From a virus, in the IMG/VR virus record IMGVR_UViG_3300020469_003886, positions 1 to 64,000 of that record: a stretch of 64,000 nt of DNA, one strand, 5' to 3'. The first letter of the stretch is position 1. Each line of letters opens with the position of its first letter. A model generated the notes under the pieces. That model saw only the letters and a program-made list of their open reading frames with translations. It had not been told where the DNA came from and did not search any database. Positions 47,403 to 58,129 of the stretch are shown piece by piece. Made by a program: the position numbers and the translations under genes.

Positions 47403-48660
47403 ATAATTCTGTTAGTTGTGGTACAACATTTTTAATATTTGTATTTCTTATACTATCTAGTTTGTTGGTAAACCATAAAAATTCTTTTAAATGTCTTTGC
47501 TGTTGGTCTTGTGTAAAGTGTTTACTGTTCGCTAAATTACTTATCAAATCACCAAATCCTATATCACCTTGCCCTATTGGTTCTCCAGGTGGGAAATAAT
47601 CACCAATTGGTAAATCAGCATTTTTTAATATTTCGTGAGCTTGTAATCTATATTTTTCTGGCAATACATGAATGTTCAAGTATCGAGGATTTGCTACAAT
47701 ATTTCTAAAATAAATTTCGTCATGTGGTTTTCTATTCTTAATATACCATTTCCAAATATTAACAAGATCAAAAATATTATAAACCTGTACTGTTACTGTG
47801 TATATTAAAGTTGTATTTGCTAACCTATTAAAAAAGTTTTTAATATTATTTTCTAATTGGTCAATATCAAAACTATCCCCGCCACGTATATACTCATAAA
47901 GTTTACCTGTACCTTCAATACTCACATGAAACTTTACTGCTTTAAATTCGTTTGTAATATGTTTTAATCTTTCATTTATAACTGTTCCGTTTGTGTTGAT
48001 ATCCAAAGTAACATTCTTAGCAATTCCCCATTCTATAAATTTTTCCATGATCTGATAATTTTGGTCTTCCATCAACGGCTCGCCGCCAGTTAATTTTAAA
48101 ACTTCTAAATTTAAAAAATAATTTTTGTTTTCTAATAAATTTTCAATAATACTGAATTCTAATTTAAAATATTCGCCCTTGTCTCTGTCAGGCATCCAAT
48201 CTGGTTTGTTTGATGCTAGTTTAACTTCATCTTTTATCCATGAACTAGAAACTGGTCCGCAACACATACGACATTTAAGATTACACTTGTTTGATGAATT
48301 AATTTCTAAATATAATATATCTGGTAGTGCATTAGGATCGTATGACGTTTGTTTTGCTATTTCAGGATCTATATTGTTATAAAAATATAGTCTACGAGAA
48401 TAACCTGAAGAAGTTTCTTTTAAAATACATTGTTGACACACAGGATTATCTGTTTTTCCATTACTCCAGTCTGATCTTAACTTGACTGCTATATCATTGC
48501 TCCACATCTGTGATAACGTGTTTTTATATAAATTACCATATGGAAACCTAGCCACAGCATCAGCATACACATTGCCTTCCCAGTTAATGGTTAAACTGTG
48601 CCACGGTGCTAGACATTTTTTGTCTATTTCTTTATGCCAATTCCAATCACGCTGTGCCAT
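47377..48660 (-). CDS. radical SAM protein with degenerate N-terminal SPASM/twitch domain
   Basis: CLAPW...YADAV...CQQC; CNLKCRMC; TGGEP. Confidence 0.9.
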   Translation of the reverse strand: MAQRDWNWHKEIDKKCLAPWHSLTINWEGNVYADAVARFPYGNLYKNTLSQMWSNDIAVKLRSDWSNGKTDNPVCQQCILKETSSGYSRRLYFYNNIDPEIAKQTSYDPNALPDILYLEINSSNKCNLKCRMCCGPVSSSWIKDEVKLASNKPDWMPDRDKGEYFKLEFSIIENLLENKNYFLNLEVLKLTGGEPLMEDQNYQIMEKFIEWGIAKNVTLDINTNGTVINERLKHITNEFKAVKFHVSIEGTGKLYEYIRGGDSFDIDQLENNIKNFFNRLANTTLIYTVTVQVYNIFDLVNIWKWYIKNRKPHDEIYFRNIVANPRYLNIHVLPEKYRLQAHEILKNADLPIGDYFPPGEPIGQGDIGFGDLISNLANSKHFTQDQQQRHLKEFLWFTNKLDSIRNTNIKNVVPQLTELFEGTYETV

Positions 48661-48661
48661 A

Positions 48662-49747
48662 TTAAAAATAATTTTCTTGCTTACCTTTACGTCTTACATC
48701 AGATGTTAAACAATGAATACCACCATCCCAAAAATACTGATGCCTAAACTTCCAATATATTGGTGTAACACCTTTGCTTTCTAATTGTTTAAATACTTCT
48801 TTATCTGCACCTGTACAAATAACTTTATCTTCTGATAAACTTAATGTGTTTACATCAAACACCGTTTCGTCTACATATCCAATCCAATGTGACAACCAAC
48901 GTTCAATGTATTCTTTATAAAATCTTTGCTTACGTGTGTTTTTAAAATCTTCTGGAAACTTTGTGCCTTTGCCACCAACAACAATACAATCCCATGATTT
49001 AAGTTTTTCTGGTAACCAATCTTTTTTCCATGTCATTAATAGTCCTGGTTTGAGCAATGCAATCTTTCCATCGACATGTCCACCTACAGGAACTTCATTA
49101 AATGTAAACTCAGGCAATTGCTGTTTATACCAGTGTAAACCTTGTTCAGTGCCTTTGCCTTTTTCAGGGTCTTTTTGATTTGATTGCGAATGAAATATGT
49201 CTTTACCACATTTGATTAAATTTGCTGAATGAAATAATATTTCGCCATGCCTCCAATAATCGTGATAGGTTTTTTGATTGAGTTGAGGTTGTGGCATAGA
49301 TATCCACTCTGCACCATACGTATGATATTCTTTTAATATATCTCTTGAACACAGTGTTTCTAAATATCTTGAAGTATCTTTTGTGTATGCTTCAATAATC
49401 TTATTGCCAAAGAATCCAATTAAATCCCTTGGTTGTAATGGTTGATTAATCCAATCAATTTCAAACTCGCCTACTGTATATTTTTGCAAAGGGTTATGTA
49501 AAGGTGTTGGTCTTTGTACAATTATGCTTTCTTTTTTTAATATATCAACTAATACTTCTAAATCTTCTGCTGTTTCTGTTAATACTTTTTTTAATAAGTC
49601 TTTTGCTTCTTGACTAAACTGGTCACTTGAATCAAAAGTATTAGGGTCATATGCTGTTCCTACAATCACTTCTTCGAGTGGTTGAAACTCTGTATATGAA
49701 CTTACTAAAGATTTATCACTAAAAAAACTGCTGTAATCATTTACCAT
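48662..49747 (-). CDS. amidinotransferase (Gly/inosamine-phosphate family)
   Basis: EFQPLEEVIVG, PRD, HVDG, GGIHCLT. Confidence 0.85.
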   Translation of the reverse strand: MVNDYSSFFSDKSLVSSYTEFQPLEEVIVGTAYDPNTFDSSDQFSQEAKDLLKKVLTETAEDLEVLVDILKKESIIVQRPTPLHNPLQKYTVGEFEIDWINQPLQPRDLIGFFGNKIIEAYTKDTSRYLETLCSRDILKEYHTYGAEWISMPQPQLNQKTYHDYWRHGEILFHSANLIKCGKDIFHSQSNQKDPEKGKGTEQGLHWYKQQLPEFTFNEVPVGGHVDGKIALLKPGLLMTWKKDWLPEKLKSWDCIVVGGKGTKFPEDFKNTRKQRFYKEYIERWLSHWIGYVDETVFDVNTLSLSEDKVICTGADKEVFKQLESKGVTPIYWKFRHQYFWDGGIHCLTSDVRRKGKQENYF

Positions 49748-49749
49748 TA

Positions 49750-50310
49750 TTAAACTCCATCTATATCATATTTGCTATCATGATATCTTCTTTTTACTAT
49801 TGCATCATAATATCTCTTGTCCCAATTATCATAGTATTTTGTGCTTCTATGAATCCATTCTGATTTTTCATTTAAGTCTGAAAGTACTTGTATTTGTATA
49901 ATTGCTAAACCTTTATTACCAGAACCTAACCCAGGAATAAGTTTATCAGTATTTTTTTCAACTCCTACAGATCCTTGCTTTTCTTCAGACTTGTATGATG
50001 TGTAAATGTATAAATCATCAGCAACTGCTGTTGGTTGATTATCATTTTCCCATTCTTCAAGTTCTGTTAAAGAATAGTCTTTTGGATCACCAATACATAA
50101 TACCAACTGCTTATCTTTAGGATAATTTTTAATAACATCATCTGCAATTTTAAACATATCTTTTTTTACCCATCTAACTTCAACTTCATTACGTCTAAAT
50201 CCCATTTTTGCAAATGGACAAATAGCCATACCATTAAGCTCTGGTCTTGGTTTAGTGACATGTTCTTTCATGTCTTCCCATTTTTTTTCTAAATCAGATT
50301 GTTCCGCCAT
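49750..50310 (-). CDS. hypothetical protein with ICPFA motif (DUF1415-like)
   Basis: ICPFAK motif; embedded in the rSAM cluster. Confidence 0.55.
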   Translation of the reverse strand: MAEQSDLEKKWEDMKEHVTKPRPELNGMAICPFAKMGFRRNEVEVRWVKKDMFKIADDVIKNYPKDKQLVLCIGDPKDYSLTELEEWENDNQPTAVADDLYIYTSYKSEEKQGSVGVEKNTDKLIPGLGSGNKGLAIIQIQVLSDLNEKSEWIHRSTKYYDNWDKRYYDAIVKRRYHDSKYDIDGV

Positions 50311-51763
50311 GCTCTAATTCTTTTTCTAACTTGGCACTAATTTTTTCTCCAAGTTCGGATTGTTTTGCATTGTCTTTTGTTTCGTCAAGTAATCCAGCCA
50401 TTTCAGGAAATACTTTGGTAAAATCAGTTCCTCGTTGTTTATCAAATTTTATAATGTATTCTCTAAACTGTGGCATACGTTGTGACCAGTCTTCACTCAT
50501 CATAAACTTAACCATACCTTGCAATCGTTTAATACCATAACTTGCTTCCATAAATTTTTCTTTTGACGGGGCTCCAGACATTTTCCAATTTTCTTCTAAC
50601 CATGGATAAAAATCTTCATACTTTTGTTTTACTTCATCTTTAAACCATTGTGGAAATACTTTTACATTTAATTGACCAGGCCAGTATACAAAGTGATAAT
50701 TAATCATTCCAGCACCAAAAGGCCATATGTTAATTTTTTTAAAGTTTTGTTTTAATTTCCATTTAATAAAATCTGGAACGTAATAAATGTTTAGTGCCTG
50801 TACAGCACACGCCACAGTAACTTCAACATTGTCACCTGTGTTATCTAGCAAATGAAACTGTTTTACAGTGTGTTCCCATTCACTTGGATATCTAATATAG
50901 TCATTCATTTCACCAATTGAATCTACTGAATAATGAAATATTACTTTTTTAAAATGACTCCATATTTCAAATAATCTTGGTGGCATTTCTAATCCATTTG
51001 AATTATATCTTATTTCAATTTGTTTAGCATATCCACGTTTAATAACTTCTTCTAATAGTGTGTAGTGTTCTTCAATAATGGTTGATTCACCACCTGCAAA
51101 ATATAGTTGATACATGTGTGGTATTTGTTCATACAATTGATCCCAGAACTTTGGATTATCTTTGTGCCAGTTATATGTTGCACCGTCGTTTTTTCCTTTG
51201 TTATCCCAACCCATTGTTTGCTTTAAATCTTTATTTTCAATAGTAGGATAAACATCCAACCAATCTTTAATCCATAAAGATGAATCATGTGGCGAACACA
51301 TAATACATTTCAGATTACATTTAGATCCCATACGTAGATCTAAGTATCTAATTTTAGGAGGTATCCCACCATCTTCTGCTGTTTCACCTATAATTTCATC
51401 AATAGAATAAATGCTGGTCCATTTGTCTGTTTCCCATTGACGTTTACTTAAATGTCCTGCCGCTTCTTCTTTGTAGCACTTTAAACATGATGCAGGCATT
51501 TCGCCATTAAGCATCTGCTTACGAACATTTTTCATATAGTCGTTGTTCCAGGCTTCCATCAAATTTGAATTGTTTAAGTTTGCAGGTTTACCACTTTCAG
51601 TTTTTAATACACCTACTTGCCCGCCGTGTTTTTTGTCATTGGTTGCTCCAACTGAACTTGCATTCGCTGTACAGCATACTCGCATGTTACCGTCTGGTCT
51701 TGTTGATAAATGCATCCAAGGCAAAGCACAAAATGTTTTTGATGGTAAGTTTTTTTCACTCAT
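50294..51763 (-). CDS. radical SAM protein with N-terminal SPASM/twitch domain
   Basis: FCALPW...VCC...CLKC; CNLKCIMC; FAGGE. Confidence 0.92.
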   Translation of the reverse strand: MSEKNLPSKTFCALPWMHLSTRPDGNMRVCCTANASSVGATNDKKHGGQVGVLKTESGKPANLNNSNLMEAWNNDYMKNVRKQMLNGEMPASCLKCYKEEAAGHLSKRQWETDKWTSIYSIDEIIGETAEDGGIPPKIRYLDLRMGSKCNLKCIMCSPHDSSLWIKDWLDVYPTIENKDLKQTMGWDNKGKNDGATYNWHKDNPKFWDQLYEQIPHMYQLYFAGGESTIIEEHYTLLEEVIKRGYAKQIEIRYNSNGLEMPPRLFEIWSHFKKVIFHYSVDSIGEMNDYIRYPSEWEHTVKQFHLLDNTGDNVEVTVACAVQALNIYYVPDFIKWKLKQNFKKINIWPFGAGMINYHFVYWPGQLNVKVFPQWFKDEVKQKYEDFYPWLEENWKMSGAPSKEKFMEASYGIKRLQGMVKFMMSEDWSQRMPQFREYIIKFDKQRGTDFTKVFPEMAGLLDETKDNAKQSELGEKISAKLEKELEHGGTI

Positions 51764-51780
51764 TTTAAATATTTACCTTC

Positions 51781-52899
51781 CTATTGTGTAACAAAATTAT
51801 CTTCAAATTGTGCTCCAAACGGATCAAATTCTGTACCGCATTTTACTGAACAAACTTTTAGTTTTCCGTCTCCGCCTGAACAAGATTTCTTTTTCCAACT
51901 TGATTTAATGTCATTAAAAAATTCACCGTCTAATACTTTTTTAAATCCGTGCTGTAGAACTGACATCTCGTCAAGACCACCTGCGTTGTCAATAAATTTC
52001 CAAATCTGATTTTGTCCTGGCTTTTCCCACCATTTGTACATTTGTCCTGCTACCCAGCAACATGGCATCAAATGTCCTGATGCACTAACATACACATTCA
52101 TGTCTTTCAATACTTTACAATTAATTCTTGCTTGATTGTAGTATTCGTCCATAGAGCCGTATTTTTCTATTAATGGATCTACTTTTTTAAGAGCTTTGTT
52201 TACATACTTTTCGTTTGGCTTTGTTAATTTTTGTGTTTCTTTACCTTTGCGATTAACACCTTGATGTTCTTCTTTACCTTTTGCTTTCACGTTACTAAAA
52301 AATCTACCAGTTTTTTTACTCATAAATTTTTCAAAACCCATACGTTCTGATAATGCTTCTGCTTCTTCTACTTGATGTTGATTGTGTCCAAATATTAAGT
52401 AATCCCATCTTGCTCTACCACCAGCATCAATAAATGCCTGTGCTGAATCCATACATATATCCCAATTAACATTTTGTCTGTATAAATGATTAGTATCTTT
52501 TAATCCATCTAAACTAAAAATTACATGACCTTTTCTTCCTATTACTCGTGCAAGTTCTCTCCACCATTCAGATTTTTTAGCACCAGCATTGGTGTTCATG
52601 CTCAACCAAATATTTGGATTTTGACTACGTAGATATTCCATTACTTCTAATGAGTCTTTAGCCACTACAGGATCTCCAAGATTTCCGCACATAAACAAAC
52701 TGTCTAATTGTTTTACAAATTCAGAAGGGAAAATTTTTTTGCAATCTTCTAAAGATAGTTCATCTAAAGTTATGTTAGGATTAATGTCACCACCGTTTAT
52801 ATTTCTGTCACATTGTAGGCAAGCGGCTTGGCATTTGGCCGTAATTTCTAAGTGAACTGTGCGTATATCTTCATATCTATACATATCATTTGATTCCAA
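51781..52899 (-). CDS. radical SAM protein with C-terminal SPASM/twitch domain
   Basis: CQAACLQC; GNLGDP; GHLMPCC...CSVKCG. Confidence 0.9.
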   Translation of the reverse strand: MESNDMYRYEDIRTVHLEITAKCQAACLQCDRNINGGDINPNITLDELSLEDCKKIFPSEFVKQLDSLFMCGNLGDPVVAKDSLEVMEYLRSQNPNIWLSMNTNAGAKKSEWWRELARVIGRKGHVIFSLDGLKDTNHLYRQNVNWDICMDSAQAFIDAGGRARWDYLIFGHNQHQVEEAEALSERMGFEKFMSKKTGRFFSNVKAKGKEEHQGVNRKGKETQKLTKPNEKYVNKALKKVDPLIEKYGSMDEYYNQARINCKVLKDMNVYVSASGHLMPCCWVAGQMYKWWEKPGQNQIWKFIDNAGGLDEMSVLQHGFKKVLDGEFFNDIKSSWKKKSCSGGDGKLKVCSVKCGTEFDPFGAQFEDNFVTQ

Positions 52900-53950
52900 T
52901 AATCATATATCTTATGTATTTACCGAGAATTAGATGACCTCCATATAGGTGTGTTGTCATAGGTGCAATTGATTTAAAATGGTCAACATTATCTACGCAG
53001 TTAATATGTTCTGGTAATTCTTTATAATCGTTTGATTGTAAAATGCACAATTTTCCTTTAGGAATATTGTTCCACCATTCATTCCAATTTTCAATATGCT
53101 CACAACTTGTATTGATAATAGTGTTTGGAGAATCATGCAATTCTCTTTCTGTTCCATTTGATCTTAGAGTATTAAATGTATATTCATTAAAATTAATTTT
53201 GTGTATGTCTTGCGTTGTTGCTTTAAACTGCCAATCTTTCATAACCCATGGTTTATTAATTGACTCAGCAATTTGCCAACATGTTGGATCAATATCAAAA
53301 CTTCTTATTTTATCTAAATGTATTTTTTTAGATTCAAACAGCATAGTTGCTAATGTACCATACCAACCTGCACATAAAAATACAGTGCCTAGATGCATAC
53401 CAATTTTTTCAACTTCAGATACCAACCACTTTTTACTATGCAATTGTCCTCTTGCATACGCATCTTTAACATTAAGTCTTGGAAAACTTCTGATAGTTTT
53501 TGGTAATGTTGTTAATACCTCACTATCAACAAACAATCTCAATACATCAAAACTTTCACCTTTATTAATAATTGCTTTTCTAAGCATTTCCATTTTTGGA
53601 TTATTTTCAATATATTCTAATACTCTAAATATTGCATGTACATTTTTTTCAAGTACTGCTTTTCTAAATTCATCATAATGCTCATTATCTAATTCATCAA
53701 TAATTCTAAAAACTGAATGTAAATTAGATTCAATAATTGCTTTTCTAAATTCTTCAAATTTTTCTGGATTGTCAGATATAGATTGTGCCAGTCTAAATAT
53801 TGATGACAAGTCTTCATCAATTACTGCACGTCTAAGATCTTTTAACTCATCAATATTGTCATACAATAATTCAAATCTATCTAATAACTCGTGCGTCTCT
53901 AGATGAGATTTGGATTTTGTTGAACTGTTGTCCAAGCCAGCCAAAGTCAT
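52886..53950 (-). CDS. SAM-dependent methyltransferase-like protein with N-terminal helical repeats
   Basis: CAGWYG, SFDID, INTSCEH; four ~28-aa (F/L)R(K/R)A repeats. Confidence 0.7.
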   Translation of the reverse strand: MTLAGLDNSSTKSKSHLETHELLDRFELLYDNIDELKDLRRAVIDEDLSSIFRLAQSISDNPEKFEEFRKAIIESNLHSVFRIIDELDNEHYDEFRKAVLEKNVHAIFRVLEYIENNPKMEMLRKAIINKGESFDVLRLFVDSEVLTTLPKTIRSFPRLNVKDAYARGQLHSKKWLVSEVEKIGMHLGTVFLCAGWYGTLATMLFESKKIHLDKIRSFDIDPTCWQIAESINKPWVMKDWQFKATTQDIHKINFNEYTFNTLRSNGTERELHDSPNTIINTSCEHIENWNEWWNNIPKGKLCILQSNDYKELPEHINCVDNVDHFKSIAPMTTHLYGGHLILGKYIRYMIIGIK

Positions 53951-54608
53951 TTATCTTACTCAATGCCTCCATATTATTTTTGTTTGTTTCACCATATTCT
54001 CTACCAGCAATGGCCCCTGCTATAGCATATTCGCCAAAGCCTCTTTCATTACCAACAGAGCACCATATATCTAATCTCTGCTCTGTTTCTGCATCTTTTT
54101 GTTTATCAATTACTTTTGATGCCAGTTTAGTGCATTCTCTAAATGCAGATTTAAATGTATTAAAAGGATCTGTGTTAAATGCTGTTGTGTTGCTTATAGT
54201 TGGCATGGCTTTAAATGCACCTTTTTTACCTTCTTTGTTTGCAACTGATGTTGTAAAATCAATTCTCCAATCTTTTGCATCACGCAAGGATTGTGTTGGA
54301 AACAATTTAACACCACCATATCCATACACTAAATCGTTAATAGGATTTCTACATCTCCATACATGTACACAGTGTTCATCCCATTTATCTGGTTTAAATG
54401 AAAAATCAAACTGATCTTCTAATTCTGCATCAGCATCAACTACATAAAAACTTTTTGTATATGCCAATTCTGCACAACGTTTGTGTGCTTCAAAAATTCC
54501 TTTTACTCCTTGCACTCTGCGAGCATAAGGAAATCTACTTACAAGTTTTTCCCATGTTTGATCAGCATAAGGTTCTTGGTAACTTAAATGAAATATATCT
54601 AGTGCCAT
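53877..54608 (-). CDS. GT-A fold glycosyltransferase-like protein
   Basis: FYVVDAD (DxD), YGYGGVKLFP, AFREC. Confidence 0.65.
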   Translation of the reverse strand: MALDIFHLSYQEPYADQTWEKLVSRFPYARRVQGVKGIFEAHKRCAELAYTKSFYVVDADAELEDQFDFSFKPDKWDEHCVHVWRCRNPINDLVYGYGGVKLFPTQSLRDAKDWRIDFTTSVANKEGKKGAFKAMPTISNTTAFNTDPFNTFKSAFRECTKLASKVIDKQKDAETEQRLDIWCSVGNERGFGEYAIAGAIAGREYGETNKNNMEALSKINDFGWLGQQFNKIQISSRDARVIR

Positions 54609-54614
54609 ATGTTT

Positions 54615-54643
54615 ATTATACTTGTTTTATTTGAAATAATCAA
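54615..54643 (-). promoter_or_regulatory. sigma70-type promoter, probably leaderless, heading the GT/MTase/rSAM run
   Basis: TTGATT-N17-TATAAT-N6-ATG. Confidence 0.7.
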
Positions 54644-54827
54644 GAGGAAATGAATAAATTCCTAATATTTCTATGTCTGGGTGTGCTAGTTTAATTAGAA
54701 CAAATTGCTCATCTGTTACAGCAATAATATTATCTGCATGATTAGGAATATATGTTCTTGGTAAACTTTTGTCTTTTGCTAACCGATTGTGTTTAGTTTG
54801 GTCTGTATATCCAACTAAGGTGTACAC
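54627..54827 (-). CDS. hypothetical protein
   Basis: GTG start coupled to the clpP stop. Confidence 0.5.
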   Translation of the reverse strand: MYTLVGYTDQTKHNRLAKDKSLPRTYIPNHADNIIAVTDEQFVLIKLAHPDIEILGIYSFPLDYFK

Positions 54828-55408
54828 TACCTTTTTTCAACAATTTTATCAATTAGACCAAATTCTAATGCTTGATCTGGATTCATGTAATTATCACGTT
54901 CCATTGCATCTTCAACTGTTTTAAGATCTTTGCCACAGTGTTTTACATACAAATCATTTAATCTTTTCTTTGTGTCTAAAATGTCTTTTGCATGAATTTC
55001 AATATCTGTTGCTTGTCCTTGGAATCCTGCTGATGGTTGGTGTATCATTATTTTTGAATTTGGTAATGATATCCTTTTGCCGGCTGTACCTGCCATTAAT
55101 AATAATGATCCTGCACTTGCTGATAAGCCAATACTTACTGTTGAAATATCTGGTTGTACATATTGCATAGTATCATACATTGCCAATCCTGCTGTTACAG
55201 AACCGCCTGGCGAATTAATATACATGTAGATATCCTTATCTTTAGATTCAGATTCTAAAAACAATAACTGAGCACAAACCAAACTTGATGTTGCATCATT
55301 TATTGGACCAGTAATAAAAATAATTCTTTCTTTTAATAAACGTGAAAAAATATCATAACTTCTTTCACCTCTTGACGATTGTTCAACAACCATTGGTACT
55401 AGATTCAT
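54827..55408 (-). CDS. clpP: ATP-dependent Clp protease proteolytic subunit
   Basis: [33 protein letters not shown]; AAGGAG SD. Confidence 0.97.
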   Translation of the reverse strand: MNLVPMVVEQSSRGERSYDIFSRLLKERIIFITGPINDATSSLVCAQLLFLESESKDKDIYMYINSPGGSVTAGLAMYDTMQYVQPDISTVSIGLSASAGSLLLMAGTAGKRISLPNSKIMIHQPSAGFQGQATDIEIHAKDILDTKKRLNDLYVKHCGKDLKTVEDAMERDNYMNPDQALEFGLIDKIVEKR

Positions 55409-55418
55409 ATTCATCTCC

Positions 55419-56915
55419 TTAGACATTAAATTCAACTCCTTGTGCTAATGGCAAGTCTGTTGAGTAATTTACCGTTACTGTGCTTCTACGCATGTATTGT
55501 TTCCATGCATCTGAACCACTTTCTCTTCCACCTCCAGTGTGTTTTTCACCACCAAAGGCGCCGCCAATTTCAGCCCCACTAGGACCAATATTAACATTTA
55601 CAATACCACAATCAGATCCATTTGCTCCAATAAACAATTCTGCTTCTTGTAAATCTTTTGTAAAGATACAACTGCTTAAACCTTGTGGTACGTTATTGTT
55701 AATTGCTATTGCTTCTGCTAGTTCATCATATGGCATGATGTAAAGCAATGGTGCAAAAGTTTCTGTTTTTGTAATTTCTTCTGCTTTAGTTAATTCAACT
55801 ATTGCTGGTGTTACATATACCCCATCACGTTCTAATTTTGTTCCGCCAGTAACAGTTCCAATACCTTGTTGCTCACATTGTGCCATTGTGTCTTTCATAT
55901 TTTCATATGCTTGTTCACTAACCAAAGGTCCTACTAATGTGTTGCTGTCTAAAGGATCACCAACTGTAATTTTTGCGTAATATTTTTTAAGAATTTTTAC
56001 CAACTGTTCGTGAATTGATCTATGCACAATAACTCTACGTAATGTTGTACATCTTTGACCTGCTGTACCTACTGCACTAAACAATATAGCTCTAATTGCC
56101 AACTTCATATCTGCATTTGGTGTAACTATCATTGCATTGTTGCCACCAAGTTCCATCAGCACTCTACCAAATCTTTCAGTAACTTGTTTACCTAATGTTT
56201 GCCCCATTGCTGTTGATCCTGTTAGTGAAACAAGATTAATATGTTTATCATTTGCTAACCATTCTGCAGGTTCGTTAGCACCTACAACAAGTTCTAATAT
56301 GTTTTGTGCTTGGGGTATGCCAGAACGTTCAACTGCTTTTTTAAATATTGCCTCACAAGCATAAGATACCAAAGGTGTCTTAGGTGACGGCTTCCAAAGT
56401 GTTGTGTTACCACACACTGTTGCAATAGCAAAGTTCCAACTCCACACTGCTACAGGAAAGTTAAATGCTGAAACAACTCCAACTACTCCTAATGGATTCC
56501 ACATCTCTTGCATACGGTGTCCTGGTCTTTCACTTGGCATTGTTAATCCGTATAACTGTCTTGATAATCCAACTGCGAAATCGCAGATATCTATCATTTC
56601 TTGTACTTCACCTAAACCTTCTTGAAATATTTTACCGTTTTCGATAGTAACTAATTTCCCAAGTTCGTTTTTGTGCTTACGAAGTTCTTCACCAAACAAT
56701 CTAATTACTTCACCTCTTTGTGGTGCTGGAATTGTTCTCCATTCTATTTGTGCTTGTTTTAAATTTAGTACCTTTGCTTCATACTCTTGTTTAGTAGTAT
56801 GTTTTACTGTGGCAATTTCAGTAGCATCGATTGGGGATACTACTGAGTTGCCATTTGGTACTGTATATAAGTTTTGATCTACGCCTATAGATTCTAATAT
56901 TTGTTTTACATTCAT
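55419..56915 (-). CDS. aldehyde dehydrogenase family 7 (aminoadipate-semialdehyde/P6C dehydrogenase type)
   Basis: [44 protein letters not shown]. Confidence 0.92.
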   Translation of the reverse strand: MNVKQILESIGVDQNLYTVPNGNSVVSPIDATEIATVKHTTKQEYEAKVLNLKQAQIEWRTIPAPQRGEVIRLFGEELRKHKNELGKLVTIENGKIFQEGLGEVQEMIDICDFAVGLSRQLYGLTMPSERPGHRMQEMWNPLGVVGVVSAFNFPVAVWSWNFAIATVCGNTTLWKPSPKTPLVSYACEAIFKKAVERSGIPQAQNILELVVGANEPAEWLANDKHINLVSLTGSTAMGQTLGKQVTERFGRVLMELGGNNAMIVTPNADMKLAIRAILFSAVGTAGQRCTTLRRVIVHRSIHEQLVKILKKYYAKITVGDPLDSNTLVGPLVSEQAYENMKDTMAQCEQQGIGTVTGGTKLERDGVYVTPAIVELTKAEEITKTETFAPLLYIMPYDELAEAIAINNNVPQGLSSCIFTKDLQEAELFIGANGSDCGIVNVNIGPSGAEIGGAFGGEKHTGGGRESGSDAWKQYMRRSTVTVNYSTDLPLAQGVEFNV

Positions 56916-56918
56916 AAA

Positions 56919-57137
56919 TTAACTTTTAAAATATTTTTCAATAACTTCTATTTGATCATGATATTTTGCAATAACTTCTAATTCCTTTTCAATTGCTTCT
57001 AAAATATCAGGATGCTCACCTACGCCAGCCGCGTTTGATAGATAAACTTCAACGTTCATTGAATGTTTAGCAATGTGTCCTTTTGCGTGTTCTATTACTG
57101 CTTCTAACATATTTTCTCTACTATATAAACCTGCCAT
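56919..57137 (-). CDS. small hypothetical phage protein
   Basis: GVGEHPDI motif; AGGAG SD. Confidence 0.7.
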   Translation of the reverse strand: MAGLYSRENMLEAVIEHAKGHIAKHSMNVEVYLSNAAGVGEHPDILEAIEKELEVIAKYHDQIEVIEKYFKS

Positions 57138-57247
57138 TGTTTTTCTCCTATGCAATAAATGGTTTTACCTATCACACCGGACATGTAGACCTTTAAAAGT
57201 GCCTACGCCAATATAATTATTATATACTATTTATTTGAAAAGTCAAG

Positions 57248-57556
57248 TTAAATTCCTAATGCTAATCTGGCCTCTTCACTCATCATATCTTGAGAAAAAG
57301 GTGGATCAAATGTTGTTTCAATAAAACAGGAATCAACTCCTTCAACATCCATAGCCGCATGTTTGATATCTGCTACAATTTGGTCTGCCGCTGGACAAAA
57401 TGCTGATGTTAATGTATGTGTGATACAAGCCTTTGGTAGTTCTGATAGATCAATATTATATATCAATCCAAGATCATAAATGTTGATAGATATTTCAGGA
57501 TCATACACTTCACGTAAGTTTTCAATAATTTTTTCTTTTGTTTGGTCTGGGGTCAT
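57248..57556 (-). CDS. sufT: SufT/DUF59 Fe-S assembly protein
   Basis: VYDPEI...DLGLIY...TLTSAFCP...FDPP. Confidence 0.88.
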   Translation of the reverse strand: MTPDQTKEKIIENLREVYDPEISINIYDLGLIYNIDLSELPKACITHTLTSAFCPAADQIVADIKHAAMDVEGVDSCFIETTFDPPFSQDMMSEEARLALGI

Positions 57557-58122
57557 ACTGCTTCAACTGTATGTACTTCTGAGATGTAATGTTTTAACAT
57601 ATTTTCAATGCCCATTTTGAGAGTTGCTGTCGAGCTCGGACAGCCTGAACAAGCACCATACATTTCTAAATACACAGTTCCATTTTCAAAACTGTGAAAA
57701 ATAATATCTCCGCCATCCATTGCTACTGCTGGTCTTACACGTTCATCAAGTAGTTGGACTATTTTTTTTGTGATTTTATCTGTACCTGCATCATCATTAA
57801 TTGTTTCACAAGCAGGTTTTGTTTCTTCAACAATAAATGGTCCTTCACTGTGATATCTAATTGTTTCTGTAATATCGCTTTTGATATCTTCCCATTCTAC
57901 TGTGTCGTCTTTACCTACTGTAATAAAGTCTGACCCAAAAAATACATCTTGTATTCCATTTATTTTAAACAGTGCGTATGCCACAGGAGCATCTGCAGAT
58001 GGATTACCTTCAGGATCTTTTTTATAAAAAAGTGGTGTTTTGTTGCCTCTGACATCTACGTTAGGTAAGAATTTTAAAGCATTTGGATTTGGGGTTAATT
58101 CTGTTTGTATCATCATTTCCAT
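57553..58122 (-). CDS. nfuA: Nfu/NifU-type Fe-S carrier
   Basis: TPNPNALKF; VRPAVAMDGGDI; GACSGCPSS. Confidence 0.92.
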   Translation of the reverse strand: MEMMIQTELTPNPNALKFLPNVDVRGNKTPLFYKKDPEGNPSADAPVAYALFKINGIQDVFFGSDFITVGKDDTVEWEDIKSDITETIRYHSEGPFIVEETKPACETINDDAGTDKITKKIVQLLDERVRPAVAMDGGDIIFHSFENGTVYLEMYGACSGCPSSTATLKMGIENMLKHYISEVHTVEAV

Positions 58123-58129
58123 ATTATTT

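Noticed and set aside
48662-49747. 7-deazaguanine/archaeosine DNA modification pathway
   Set aside because: No folE, queC/D/E or dpdA is recognisable here, and the enzyme is of the Gly/inosamine amidinotransferase type
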